Assembly (NCBI RefSeq): GCF_030684315.1
Contig: NC_081374.1
Coordinates: 21,555,978-21,619,977 of the forward strand
Direction: 5' to 3'
DNA from: Stegostoma tigrinum
Lineage: Eukaryota
DNA length: 64,000 bases
Shown here: piece after piece, positions 12,327 through 25,506 of the stretch
How positions within the stretch are numbered: the first letter of the stretch is position 1
Layout: every line of letters begins with the position of its first letter
Translations under genes and position numbers: made by a program
Notes under the pieces: generated by a model
What the model was told of the DNA's origin: nothing
Seen by the model: only the letters and a program-made list of their open reading frames with translations
Databases searched by the model: none

Positions 12327-15300
12327 TTTGGGATAGAACAAATGATGTTAGTGTTTATAGAGCAAAAAGATTATAATAATTATATAATTTCAGATCCAAT
12401 CTAATTCTAGATTTGTATCATGAAAGTCAGTTAAATGTCTTTGGAAGAAAATGAATACTCTGACAACATTTTTAAGTCCAAAGTAACATTGGTGCCAACA
12501 TCCTTGGCAATGTTGCCAGAAAGCTAAGACATTGTAACATTTCTGAGGGAAAAAGTATGAAAAGTGACTTTCTAACCTCCTGCCACAGCCAAGAACCATA
12601 CCTTCCACTCTCAACTGATCTAGGTCTTTCTGTAGGCATCCTGATCATAAATGAGGGAACTCATCAGCTGATGATATATTGTCAGTCTATCAAGGAATGT
12701 GATTTGTAACATTAAATTCAAAGATTCTCTTAGCATTTCATAACTAAATGTAAACTGCATTGCCCACAGTCATTTAGGTCAATTAACCAGACAACCTTGA
12801 ATGTCCTCAATTTCCTATGCAGTAAAGTTATATTTCAGAATGCTATCACATTTTCCATGAAGTGTGTTAAGTGCTCACCAACATGACCTTTCGCAGTGTC
12901 AATTATTACATGAATTTTATATTCTGGTTCTTTAGCATTAATTAAAGCTACCTGAAATCCTGTCTTCTCTAAAAATGCTTTTAAAGGGTATCTACAAAAT
13001 TAATCTTTGTATAACTTATATGAGTATTATAACTTCAAAACCTATTTGATTTAGAATCTCATACTCAATCAATCAAAACATGATTCTAATAGCTAAGGAA
13101 ATTGGGGATAAATGGTTTGAAGTGAGGGGTGTATGGCAGGTCAATTTGCAAGTAGTGTAATATTGGATTCTAATTGAGGAGATGCTTTGGCAAAATAAAA
13201 CACTTATCTTTCTTGAATGACTGCTATATGAAAAATGGTGTTCTAAAACTGAACCTCCTGACTATCTCCATCTACATTTAGATGACTCTTACTTAATCTG
13301 ATTTCAGAGTTTTTGAACCATTATGAGTATTTGCATTAATGCAGCTGCATTCAAGAAGCCCTTCTACTTTCAAAGGACTGGCCAATAGGTATCAATACTT
13401 TACTAAAAGAGAATACCTTACCACAGTGCTGACATGTTGAGTAACATGGAAATTTCACAGGAGTAGACCAGAGCATAAACATCATCAAATTATCATCTTA
13501 CTGCACAGGAGGTCATTCATGTTTGTGCCAGCTCTAATTTTTCCATGTAACTGATAAGCTTGTCTCAAATCTCTTTTTTTTCCCAGGACCTCTGTGTTTT
13601 TCATGAGCAATGCCTAGAATTTGACACAATGCTCAGCTGGAGCCATAGCAATTATTTGTAAAGGTTTTGCATAATTTCACTGTTTAAGAATTCTATTTTT
13701 ATAAAGCATAGGATCACAATTGTCCTTTTATCTACAAATATTTATCTGTGTAAACCCTTCGGTCTTTCTATTCCTGTCCCACACCTCCCCCAACTTTCAA
13801 AATTGCACCATTAAGTTCATGTTTGCTTTCCACTTTTTTCCGTGTTAAATTTCATCACCACACACATCTATTTATTTTTATTGTGTTTTATTTATTATTT
13901 TATAGCTCAGTGGTGACTACATCTAAAACTAGAACTCAAACTCATTTTTTATTATTTACTGAAAAAAAGAACAAGTTAAAAGCCAATATCAATACTTTGA
14001 AAGGTCATGGTCATGTCATGTAACAAATACTGCTTATTGCACTTCATAATATCAGCACAGTATTATTAAGTTAATGGAAGTAAAAATGAAATGATACTGA
14101 GTCACGTTTGGTGTTGGGGAGCAACATTGCCAGTGAAACCAAAAAGAAAGTTGGTAAATGAATGTAATTTTAAGCAGTGCTACATTATAATAATATTAAT
14201 TCTAGATTTGGCATCATCAGTTGCAATCACAACTGCAGCGTTTAAAGGGCCGTCCAAACCAGGAATTTGGAAGGGTCAGAGAGTTCAGTAAACTGAACAA
14301 GGATGAATTCAAAATGGGCATGGGCTTTGCCAAAGTTCTTTGCATTGCTAGCTGCAGTGATGAGTAGCATAGAGACATTCTTCCTCTTTATGGATGGACA
14401 TGGCTGAGAGGATCAGTAGCATTGTGCCATAATTCTGTATTCAGTACAATGACAACTCTAACGACGTAACCAGATGGGAAAAGGCAAGAATATTTGCACA
14501 TTCACCTACATCATGTACATGAATTCCTGCTCTCATGCTCCTTTATCAAGTCTGTTCTACACATCCATTTACCCTAAACACATCCATTATTCTGTGTATA
14601 GTTTTGATCTCCTTAGCCAATGAAGGATATACTTTCCTCAGAAGGAATGCAACAAATGTTTGCTAGACAAATATTTGGAATTGAGGAAATGATTCTACAG
14701 AGAAATTGAGTAAATTAAGCTTATATTGCCTGAAACTTTGAAGAATGAAATTTAATTTCACTTGAAACATAAAATAATTTAAAGGTTTGAAAGGGTAGAT
14801 TCTGTAAGGATGATTTCACTGGTTCAGCAGTCTAGAACTAACAGTTACAGTCTCAGAATAATTTCAACAGCTACTCCTTAAATAAAATTCATAGTGAGTG
14901 CTGAGATTGTGCTGGGATAGTTAGAGGGGAAAATGCCATTATATTGTAACTAAAATGTATAGTTCTGTCTTCAAATAAACAAATCTAATCTTGTGTGTGG
15001 ATTTTTAGTGATCATTGCTTAAATGCCCTGTAATTCACAGGTCAAATTAATTATAAGTATGACTGTTAAAAGGCTTTGAGAGGACATGACTTCATGGTCA
15101 TTTATAACAAAAGCAACTTTCATTCATACAAGACCTTTAACATGGAAAATGTGCCAGTAAAAGGAGTCTACAGGCTTCTTAAAGAAAGAATCCTTATACT
15201 CTATACTTTTAGTTGTGATTTTCTGTCTAGACTAAATTGCAAGGAGACACGGAATCACTGATCTTTCCAAAGGGATTCATTTCAGACCATTACAATATGA

Positions 15301-16763
15301 ATGGAATTTTCTCCATTTCTTCATGAACTATAAGTCTTGGTCAGTGAGGTGTACAATTAAAGATAGAGACCTTTTGACCATAAATAATGTATGCAGAACT
15401 GGAACACAGCAGCTACTGCAGATTTTTGAAATTATTCACAATTATTCAGTAGTTTTAGTAGTTCAGTCATTTCTCTAACCATGGAGAAAATGAAAAGACA
15501 CCAACGAATTAAAAAGCCCGAAGAGAAAAGTCTTGAAGCTGAAGTATTTTCAAAAGACAGGGTTCAAAAATATTTTTTCCCTGATTAGTGGTGTTATAGC
15601 AAATAATTGTAACTTGATTGGCAGTTGATGGAATTTTAATTAGCAATTTTAAAATTATCATCTGTTTTAAAGGCAGAAGGTGCATTGAATGTCAATAACT
15701 ACAACCTTTTAAAACTGAGCAATAAAGTGACATTAGAAAGTGTGGAGAAATTTGATACGCTGTACCCGTTATTTGTAATGCTGTGTTAAGGAAAAATTAT
15801 GAAAAATATGAGTTCTAAAAATTGAAGAGACAGCATTCTCCTGTGAGAATTACAGAACAGAAACTGCAGCAGAAAGAATTGATCACATGGAACAAAGATT
15901 AAGTAGCTCTGGATATGCTCGCTGAATGCTAAATGGGATGCCCTTGAAAGCTTTCAGATCAAGAATAAAAGGAGTTAAAAAGGTGGAGTTAGGGAAGAAT
16001 GAGGGGGAATCAACAAATAATAAAAAATGGTAAGGCAATTGTTATACAGTAGTGGTCAAAATAAGAGAATAAATGGCAATAGTTTGTTCATCATCTAAGG
16101 TTGCATTGAGTACGGAGTAATAGATAAATGCTTAGTAGGATTAGAGGCTGTTAATTTTAACCAATGCAAAATGTTAAAGATTAATCAATACATATATGTC
16201 AAAACGATAGATATGCAAATTTATTTACGGCAAAAATACTTTCTATGTTTCACAACTCAATGTATTGTCAATAGTGCATCAGTATAAACAGAGTAGATTA
16301 CCGAAAATGCTAGAACATCAATTCATTTTAAATATTATATCCTGTTTTCATTCTAAATATTCTAAAGGGTTTGAGAGATTTGTATCACCAATTATTGAAT
16401 GATAACACAGCAGGAAACACAAAACTTTGACTTATGACACAGAATACTAGCAAGCAAAAAGTTAACATGATCATGATAAATTCCTCTGACAGCATGTATT
16501 GAGGAACCAATCCTAATTTGAAGAGATATTGTGACAACTTTTGCAGCATTCCTCCCTCTGAGTCAGTAGCTCCAGGCTCAAGTCCCACTCGAGTACTTTC
16601 TGACCAAGGAGGCACAGACAAACAGGTTGAGTAAAAACTTGCAAATGCTTCTAACATACGCCAAAGGCATGCTGTTGAACAGAAATCTCAAGAAGAGAAA
16701 TCCGAGCTCCTATTTAAATTAGCACAGGGAAACAAAAATCAGACAAGTGCATTGAACATTCAT

Positions 16764-17470
16764 ATAGAGTCATCAAGTTGTAGAATAAAAACAGCATGGA
16801 GACAGGCACTTCAGTCAAACTCGTCCATGCTAACCAGATATCCTAAATGGATCTAGTCCCAATTTCCAGATGTGGCCTGTATCCCACCAAACCCTTCCTA
16901 TTTACGTACCCATCCAGATGCCTTTTAAATGTCGTAATTGTACCAGCCTCTGCCACTTCCTCTGGCAGCTCGTTCCATGCATGCACCACCCTCTATGTGG
17001 AAAAGTTGCCCCTCTAGTTTTGGACTCCCTTAGCCTGGGAAAAAGACCTTGGCTATTCACCCTATCCTTGCGCCTCATGATTTTACAAATCTCTATAAAT
17101 TCAGCAATCAGCCTCCAGTGCTCCATAGGGAAAACAGCCCTAACCTATACAACGTCTCCCTGAAGCTTAAACCCTCTAATCCTGACAACATTCTTGTAAA
17201 TGGTTTCTGAACATTTTCAAGTTTAACAACATCTTTCCTATAGCAGGAAGACCAGAAGTGAATGCAATATTCTCTAAGTGACCTCACCAATATCTTGTAC
17301 AGCTGCAGCATGACATCCCAACTCCTATACTCAGTTAACTGGCCGCTGAAGGCAAGCTTGCCTTGTTCATCACCCTATCTACCTGTGACTCCATTTTCAA
17401 GAGCTATGCACCGACACGCCTAGGTTTCTTCCTTCCTCAGCACTCCCTAAACCGTTACCATTAACTGTAT
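16764..17470 (-). mobile_element. CR1 (HER1-like) LINE 3' fragment
   Basis: ORFs MLQLYKILVRSLREYCIHFWS..LENVQKPFTRML.. and LIAEFIEICKIMR..DRVNSQGLFP, followed by a CR1 3' UTR. Confidence 0.88.
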
Positions 17471-17734
17471 CTTATATCCCATAATTTCAAGGCTGAGGTT
17501 AGAATCTTAGGTCATTTGTGATTGTAGCTCCAGAATACTATCAGGTTGATTTAGACACAAGTTGATAACATATTTAGCTTGATTTGACTTTCCAACTGCA
17601 TCAATGCAAAGAAAAATCCAGCAGTTTTTGTAACAATAACCAAGTCATGACTGGCTCTCCTAACAGCACCACAAGTTAAAATCAACTTAATTTTTTTTCA
17701 CCTAGTCAATGAGAAATTAACTTTGATTATATCT

Positions 17735-18056
17735 TTCATGTGATGAGGTCAGTATTTATTGCTCATCCCTAATTGCCCAGAGAGTAGCTAAGAGACAACC
17801 ATGTTGCTGTGGGCCTGGAGTCACATGTAAACCAGACCAAGTAAAGATGGCAGATTCCTTCACTGAAGGACATTAGTGAACTAGATAGGTTTCTTCCCAG
17901 CAATAAATTTGTAGTCATCATTAGATTTTCAATTCCAATTTTTATCACATCTGAGTTCCACCATCAGCTGTGGCAGGAATCAAAACTGGGTCGCTAGGAC
18001 ACTACCTGGGTTTCTGGATTAACAGTCCATCGATAATACCACTAGGCTGTTGCCTC
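17735..18056 (-). mobile_element. DeuSINE/SacSINE1-like tRNA-derived SINE
   Basis: tRNA-like head gcctagtggtattatc..ggactgttaatccag; core ..ttcactaatgtccttcagtgaagg..tggtctggtttacatgtgactccagg..; homologous to the copies at 30203, 49428 and 58415. Confidence 0.75.
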
Positions 18057-19419
18057 ATCTTCTAAATTAGTACTGGTTTTATCTTGTACAAAAAATAGAA
18101 ATTGAAAGCAAAATTAATTGCAGAAGGTGTAATTGAGATTCTGGACAACATTAGACCATAGCACAACTACTAGTTGTCTACTAGTCTCTACTAAACAGTC
18201 ATTTGAAACCAATGTGGATAGAATACAACGCTTAATATCACCTGTAATGTCACCACAACAACAGTGATTGTTAGAATGCAAACTTTGCCTTATCGCCAGA
18301 CCCAGCAGCTCTAGCAAAACTGAAGCTGCAAACCTTGACCAAAACTGTAATAATTGAGAGAGATCAGGCTCCACTGAATTGTCATTTGAGAGGATTATTC
18401 CAAACCTGAACTGACAACAGTTATAGAAATGCCTTGTTGAAAGAAATTGGCTTACACCAACCTGGTTAGAAAGCATAATCAAATGAGGGCAGTTGCTCTT
18501 GATTTTTTGCAGCTTGCAATAAAAAAGGGGGAAGTCATGGTGGGATTGGATGAAAAATATATTCATTGTTCACTGTGGTTTAGAAGCTGCATATAAACAC
18601 CAATAGTCACTTTTTCAGATGGCAATTTAGAAGACCTACTTAGAGAACGTTGAGCAGTGTCAGGGTTCAGATCTGTCCAAATCTGTGTTCTGTAGTTTAC
18701 ATTACCCCATTCTCACTCTGTGCTCAGCTTGATTCTACATTAACTAATTTGAAAAAGATTAATTTGGGAGCCTAAGAATTTGTCAAAACAAAGAAATAAA
18801 CTCAAATGTTTTGAATAGCAAGATAAAAGCAGTTAAATGAATGATCCACTCATTTTATGAAAACTAATATCAGTTGCCATGGATTAAAATTAGAGAATTT
18901 CTCCCCCGTTCATTTATTGGATAAATATTAGGTAAGTGGGAATCAAGATTTTTTATTCTTGTATCAAATAGATCTCATATTGGAGGTGCAATCCACATCA
19001 TTGAATTCCATGGATCAAAATTTATATTTCTAATTATTGTAACTGCAAATGTTAAATAGGAACAGCTTGATATTTTTCAAATGATGCCAGGAGCAAGCTC
19101 AGAGAAGTTCATCAGATGAAGAATAGATCTCAAGGGATCAATTAACCAAAACCTACCAGTCTCATCAAACAACTCACACGACCATGAAATATTCTAAGTT
19201 ACTCAGCTCCAGGAAGGCTTCTCTCAAAAACTCGTCACTGCTACCTTACTGTTTCATAAGTATGGCATATCATTAATTCAGAAGTAGCATCAAACTGCAT
19301 CACATAAATTTCTCTGGTGTTTGGAGCTAAGTAACTGTTGCCTGAAAAGGTTAATGAATGCTCTTTTACTCTTGTGAAGGGTTGGTAATCATTCCGTATT
19401 ACATGTGACATGTCCTCAT

Positions 19420-20308
19420 GTCTCTGAATATCTGAATGCCTTTTCTTTCACTAACATTGATTTCTTTCCCATCCATGGCTGGGGAAAGGAATGGCTTGTT
19501 TGACAAGCAGAACATTGGATCACTGATAAATGTTTAAAGACCCAATATGATTCCAAATGACTGATGTAAAAGAGCTATACCACTTTGACTTAGAGCAATA
19601 ATTTAAGAAGTTGATCTAATTCCAATATTAATATGATGTGGGCAGCAATAGATAAATATTTTATGATTTGTGGTGTGGTTTACATCTCAATATGTTCCCT
19701 GCTGCAAGTTCCCTAAACACTTTCAGTTTAGATGGAAAATAAGGAACAATACAGAGAGGAAGAATGAAGATTTAGAATGTGGAAATTTTACAGCTCTTCT
19801 TCAAAAGATTGAAGACAGTGATTTTGTGGATTATAGTTAATGTGACATTCTTGAGAAGATCCACCTTGATTTCTGGGCTGAAGAAGCAGGAGAATTTCCC
19901 CAGTTTGCCCTGCAATGTTAGTTATAACTTAACAACAAACAAGCATTAACTTTATATACATGAACCAAATCAGAATTCAAATCATTTTATCCTTTATATG
20001 GAATAAAGTAACATAGAAGTAATGTAGGACGACATAAATGTAATGCAACATGTAACAAAATTTGCAACAAAATTATTCCTCTATGGTTGATTATCACACA
20101 TTATAGATACCTCAAGATTTTAATCATTAAATAATGTTACATCTCCCCAGGCTAAATATGACAACCATATTTTTTTTTAAATAAATCATTGCCCAACCGT
20201 CTCTGAACATCTGTATGTCTTTTCTTTCGCTAACATTAATTTCTTTCCCATCCATGGCTGGGGAATGGAATGGCTTGTTTGACAAGCAGAACATTGTATA
20301 ACTGATAA
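19420..20308 (+). repeat. Local 110-bp direct duplication (19420-19529 and 20199-20308)
   Basis: The two copies align without gaps and with 8 mismatches by eye (about 93%). Confidence 0.92.
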
Positions 20309-20324
20309 CATTGGCTAAACATTG

Positions 20325-21740
20325 ACGAAAGGAGAGGCCATAATGGATTTGGTGCTTGGCAATGAACCAAGCCAGGTGTCAGATCTCTCAGTGGGAGAGC
20401 ATTTCAGTGATAGTGATCACAATTGCCTGACATTTACTGGAGGGATAGGAGCAGACGATATGGGAAAGTAGTTAATTGGGGGAGAGGCAGGTCATGCCTC
20501 CAAAGCCTTATTGAATTCGTTGAGGATATGACAAAACACATTGATGAATGTAGAGCAGTGGATGTGGTGTACATGGATTTTAGCCAGGCATTTGATAAGG
20601 TTCCCCATGGTAGGCTCATTCAGAAAGTAAGGAGACATGCGATTCAGGGAAATTTGATTATCTGGATACAGAATTGGCGGTCCAATAGAACACCAGAAGG
20701 TGGTAGTAGATGGAAAGTATTCAGCCTGGAGCTGGAGGTGACCAGTGGTGTTCCGCACGGATCTATTCTGGGACCTCTGCTCTTTGTGATCTTTATAAAT
20801 GACTTGGATGAGGAAGTGGAAGGGTTGGTTAATAAGTTTGCCGATGACACATAGGTTGGTGGATTTGTGGACAGTGTGGAGGGCTGTTGTACGTTGCAAC
20901 AGGACATTGACAAGATGCAGAGCTGGGCTAAAAAGTGGCCGATGGAATTCAACCCAGAAAAGTGTGAAGTGATTCATTTTGGAAAGTCGAATTTGAATGT
21001 GGAATTCAGGCTTAACGGCAGGATTTTTGGCAGTGTGGAGGAACAGAGGGATCTTGGTATTCATGCCCATCAATCCTTCAAAGTTGTCAAGTTGGTAGGG
21101 TTGTTAAGAAAACGTATGGTGTGTTAGCTTTCATTGGCAGGGGGATAGAGTTTAAGATCCGTGAGATTATGCTGTAGCTCTATAAAACCCTGGTTAGAAC
21201 ACATTTGGAATTATTGGGTTCAGTTCTGTTCACCTCATTATAGGAAGGATGAGGAAGCTTCAGAAAGGGTGCAGAGGAGATTTACCAGGATGCTACCTGG
21301 ACTGGAGGGCAGGTCTTATGAGGAAAGGTTGAGGGAGCTTGGGGTTTTTGCATTGGATTGGAGGAGGATGACAGGTGACTTGATAGAGGTGTAGAGGATG
21401 ATAAGAGGCATAGAAAGAGTGGATAGCCAGAGACTTTTTCCCAGGGCAGAAATGACTATTATGAGGGGGTATAATTTTAAGGTAATTGGAGGAAGATACG
21501 GGACAGGTGTCAGAGGTAGATTCTTTACACAGAGAGAGTTGGGTGCATGGAATGCACTGCCAGCAGTAGTAGTAGAGTCAGATACATTAGGGACACTTAA
21601 GCAACTCTTGGATAGGCACATAGATGATTGTAAAATGAATGGTATGCAGATTAGTTTGATCTTAGAGTAGGATAATAGGTTGGCACAACACTGTGGGCTG
21701 AAGGGCCTCTACTGTGCTGGACTGTTCTACATTCTATGTT
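20325..21740 (+). mobile_element. CR1 LINE, internally deleted (endonuclease end joined to RT) with complete 3' UTR
   Basis: [26 protein letters not shown], then [47 protein letters not shown]; stops and frameshifts present; ends ttctacattctatgttc. Confidence 0.93.
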
Positions 21741-23043
21741 CATTGGGACAAATTTTTTTCACTAACGGTAGTGTACCCCACATGATTCTCAGGCTTTGTG
21801 GTATTCAACTTATGAACAAATAATTAAGCACAACATGTAAAAAGACTATCAAATTTGTCAATTCTCTTTCTATCCACCAGCAGTTCAATGTACTTCAACT
21901 TACTATAATCAGTAAAACTATTACTCACCAATAGAGGATAGTAATGAGAATAACCAAAAAAAGTGATAAGGATTTTGGATTAGGAATTTTGTGTTACCAG
22001 GGCAGGGCTGGAGTGGATGTCCAGGAATTGGAGGATTGCAGGGACGGCAAAATTTAACAGTAGGATCTTGCAATCATTTATTTCCTCCTGTTTCCCATCT
22101 GGCCTTCAAACGGATTTAGAAATCAATCAGGAATTAGATTAGAAACTCAGTGACGGAAGATGAAAATTGAGAAAAATGCCAGGAATCATGGAAGACTAGC
22201 ACTCAATAGGAAGTAAATATATGAAGGGTTGATGGAGGGGAGGGCCATGTTACAGGTCAGGCAGCTATAAGATTTCAGCTTGTTGGAATGATTTAGGATG
22301 TCATTAATCAGGGTTGAAGGTCACCAACCTCAATAATCTTGCATCTGCAGGAGGATGTCTGAAGGTTTGTTTGCAAAGCTGTAAGGAGAAAACCTTCTGC
22401 ATTTCTCTACTTATTGTTACTTATTCCCATAAATCTATTGCTTAGGGCTAATTGTTTAATTCAGCCTTACATAAAGAAATAATTTTAACTATCTGGCCTT
22501 TCCAAATGTCGGCTTACATGCCTATCCATGCTGCATTTTAAAAGAGGTATTAAATTAATTTTCTGCGTTTTACTATGACAGGGCTACATGGTAATATCAG
22601 GCAAAGGTGAAAACAAGAATATTCAATTAATTGTGCAGCTGGATGAAAAGAACATGAAAGATCCTTTCACAGTTCAGTGCTTTCAAACCGCAAGAATAGG
22701 GAGTTAGGAACACAGTTAAGAATAGGAACACAGCAGGCCAAGCAGCATCCTCCAATCTTGTTGTTTTCTTGAGGGATGCACATTTAATTTCCCATTTGTG
22801 GGCAGTAGTTGATTAGGATTTGAATATGTTGCCCTTAAGTTTTTAACCAAACTGTTGGATAAAGGGTTAACAGCTCACAGTTTACAATCCCAACTCAAGC
22901 TATTGTGCTGCTGGCTGCTGTTAAGACATGGTATTTTCTGGCATCACCATATCTGGTATCTTTTGGTAGTTGCCATCTCTATCAGTATATGCTGGGTAAG
23001 GGCTGTCTGAGATAATTCACTGCAACCAATCATGCTTCATCTT

Positions 23044-23311
23044 CATAGAATCCCTACAGTTTAGAAACAGGCCCTTCAGCCCAACAAGTCCACACTGACA
23101 CTTGGAGCATCCTGCACAGACCCATCCCCCGATAACCCACCTAATTTACACAACAGACAATTTAGCACAGCTTTGGACAGTGGGAGGAAACCCACACAGA
23201 CACGGGGAGAATGTGCAAACTCCACACAGACAGTCACCTGAGGGTGGAATCGAACCCAGGACCCTGGTGCTGTGAGGCTGCAGTGCTAACCACTGAGCCA
23301 CCGTGCTGCCC
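23044..23311 (-). mobile_element. HE1-type SINE
   Basis: Homologous to 12024-12326, with an internal deletion. Confidence 0.88.
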
Positions 23312-23609
23312 TTTATTTGTTTTGTGCATATCTATCAGTTAGTGGAAGAGGATACACCATTGTAGGTGATCTATGAAAGAGGCACTATTCTTGGAAAGCA
23401 AGGAGGCTTATCGCATGATAGCAATAAGTACAACTACATTACAAATCTGTCATAATTATTTGGACCGCAGGGAGCTAGTCTAGATATATCTGCTCCCTCC
23501 AAAAGCAGAACTCTTGTCTCTACCCAGAGACTGTGACATCAATTGAATGGGTGGAACCAATGTAAAATGAATATTAACCCCTGTAGCATCATTACCTTCT
23601 GCATCTGGT

Positions 23610-23940
23610 GGGTGGTGCAGTGGCTCAGTGGTTGGCACTGCTGCCTTACAGTGCCAGGGAACCCAGGTTCAATTCCATTATGTCTGTGTGGAGTTTGCAC
23701 GTTCTTCCCATATTTGATTTTGTGTGTGTTTCCTCCAGGTGCTCCGATTTCATTCCAAAGATGTGCAGGTTAGGTGAATTGGCCATGCTAAATTGCCCAA
23801 AGTGTCCAGGGATGTGCAGGCTATGTAGATTAGTCAAGGGAAATACAGAGACAGGGCGAGTCTGAGTGAGATGTTCTTCAGAGGGTCAGTGTGGGTTTGA
23901 TGGGCCGATTGGCCTGCTTCCATAGTGTAGGGATTCTATG
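23610..23940 (+). mobile_element. HE1-type SINE
   Basis: A box tggctcagtgg, B box ggttcaatt, tail gtagggattctatg. Confidence 0.85.
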
Positions 23941-25269
23941 AGGACCAAATTGCAAATTATTGCTCTACAACATTCGCTATTTTTCCCAAAAAAACATTTA
24001 ACATTAAGGACAATCAGCTCCAGGGATGGTACTTTCCATTGAGTTTACCATAGTACTTGACAGGAAGGCCTTACAAATTGTTAGTTTTCTTATAAGAACC
24101 CAACCTTACATTGCATTTTGCCATTCAAGCAGCTATTGTACACAAAGGATTGATGTTTATGTTCAACATGATTTCTTACCTACCTTTCTTCATCCATCTA
24201 TTTGACATATTCTTCCATCACTTTCTTTAGCTTCCATTAAAATATATCCTTACTATTCTCAACTAGTTGGTGTGGAAACAGGTTCCATGTCTTGACCAAT
24301 GAATAATGAAGCTTGTCTTAAATTGCTGATTGGATTTTTTAATGGCTACATGGGAAATATGGCTGCTGATATGTACGACCTCTTGACTGAACTGCCTCAA
24401 AGCACAAATATTATTTACACTATCAAATGTCTTTCAGAATTTTAAAGACACTTATCATGTTTTTTTCTAAAGAAAATCAACCAAATTTATTCATCCTTTC
24501 CTGATTGTTACGACTTCCCAGATTTTTACAATATTATGTTTGTAAATATTTTTACATTTTCTCTGGGGCTTCCATTTTACTTAATATTGATGTCGCAAAT
24601 GTGCAGTTCTCCAAATGTGGCCTAACTAAGGATCTATATAAGTTTTGTATAATTTTGCTACCTTTCAATTTTATCTCCCTTAAAGGAAATACCATTGCTT
24701 TGTTAGCAGCTTCATGGTTTTTAATGTTTGTCTCGCTTAACGGAGACACAGGTTCTTTGTCAGACATTGGAGATATGGTATAAGCAGCAGCAAAAACAGT
24801 GTGAATCTTGGGAGATTTCTATAAAGTCCTTTCAGAACTGTACTTCTGGATGGAGTGAATATTATTATTAAGCTAGCAAATACAATAAATTAGTACATTG
24901 TTTAGAGATTTTAATAGAAATACTGAATTCCAATTTTGGAAATATTACATTTTCTGTTCCTCACTCTTAATATTTCTGTCCTTTATGACTTCTGTCATCA
25001 CCTTCATAGATTCAAGGAGGTGACAATTGTGAGAAAATTCCAATGGTATTATTAAAGGGGAAATTGTTTCAGTGCTAACAGTAAATGGCTTCGCAAGATG
25101 CCTTTCAGAAAAATCAAACATGCTGAAATGTTTGATGTTGGTGTTACAAATGACTTGGATTTTTGTACAATGTCAAATATGTTAATAACTGCTGTATTAT
25201 CACTTTGTAGATCAGCATTTTTATTGCATGTTGCAAAAAAGTATGTAATGATGATTATTTTTCCCTTAG

Positions 25270-25506
25270 CTACTGGCCTGATAATGGGATGCATGATTTA
25301 CCCCGATGGCTGGGATTCAGATGCTGTCAAACAAATGTGTGGGGACAAAACTGACAAGTACACTTTGGGAGCATGTTCTGTTCGTTGGGCTTACATCTTG
25401 GCCATAATTGGGATCCTGGATGCTCTCATTTTGTCCTTCTTGGCCTTTGTGCTTGGTAATAGGCAAGACAGCCTTCTTCCTGAGGACTTCAAGGTAGAAA
25501 ACAAAG
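25270..25506 (+). CDS. LHFPL5: LHFPL tetraspan protein (probably LHFPL5/TMHS), internal coding exon 2 encoding TM3, loop and TM4
   Basis: Acceptor ttcccttag|CT and donor AAAG|gtaaga bound a 237-nt phase 1-1 exon translating to (A)[78 protein letters not shown], a typical LHFPL3/4/5 C-terminal half. The paralog call rests on tail-to-tail adjacency to SRPK1 and the LLPEDFK end. Confidence 0.9.

Noticed and set aside
18114-18566. 150-aa ORF on the - strand
   Set aside because: No recognisable domain or convincing splice context; the composition looks like random AT-rich intron.
20492-21073. 193-aa ORF on the - strand, and similar ORFs at 52279-53238
   Set aside because: These are antisense frames of CR1 RT remnants.
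25098-25269. Upstream extension of the LHFPL ORF, and its run-on to 25547
   Set aside because: It lies outside the splice sites and shows no LHFPL similarity; chance open frame.
1-25269. Search for LHFPL5 exon 1 or a nested gene
   Set aside because: No matching N-terminal LHFPL peptide, CpG island or other coherent exon chain was seen; the region is treated as intron 1.
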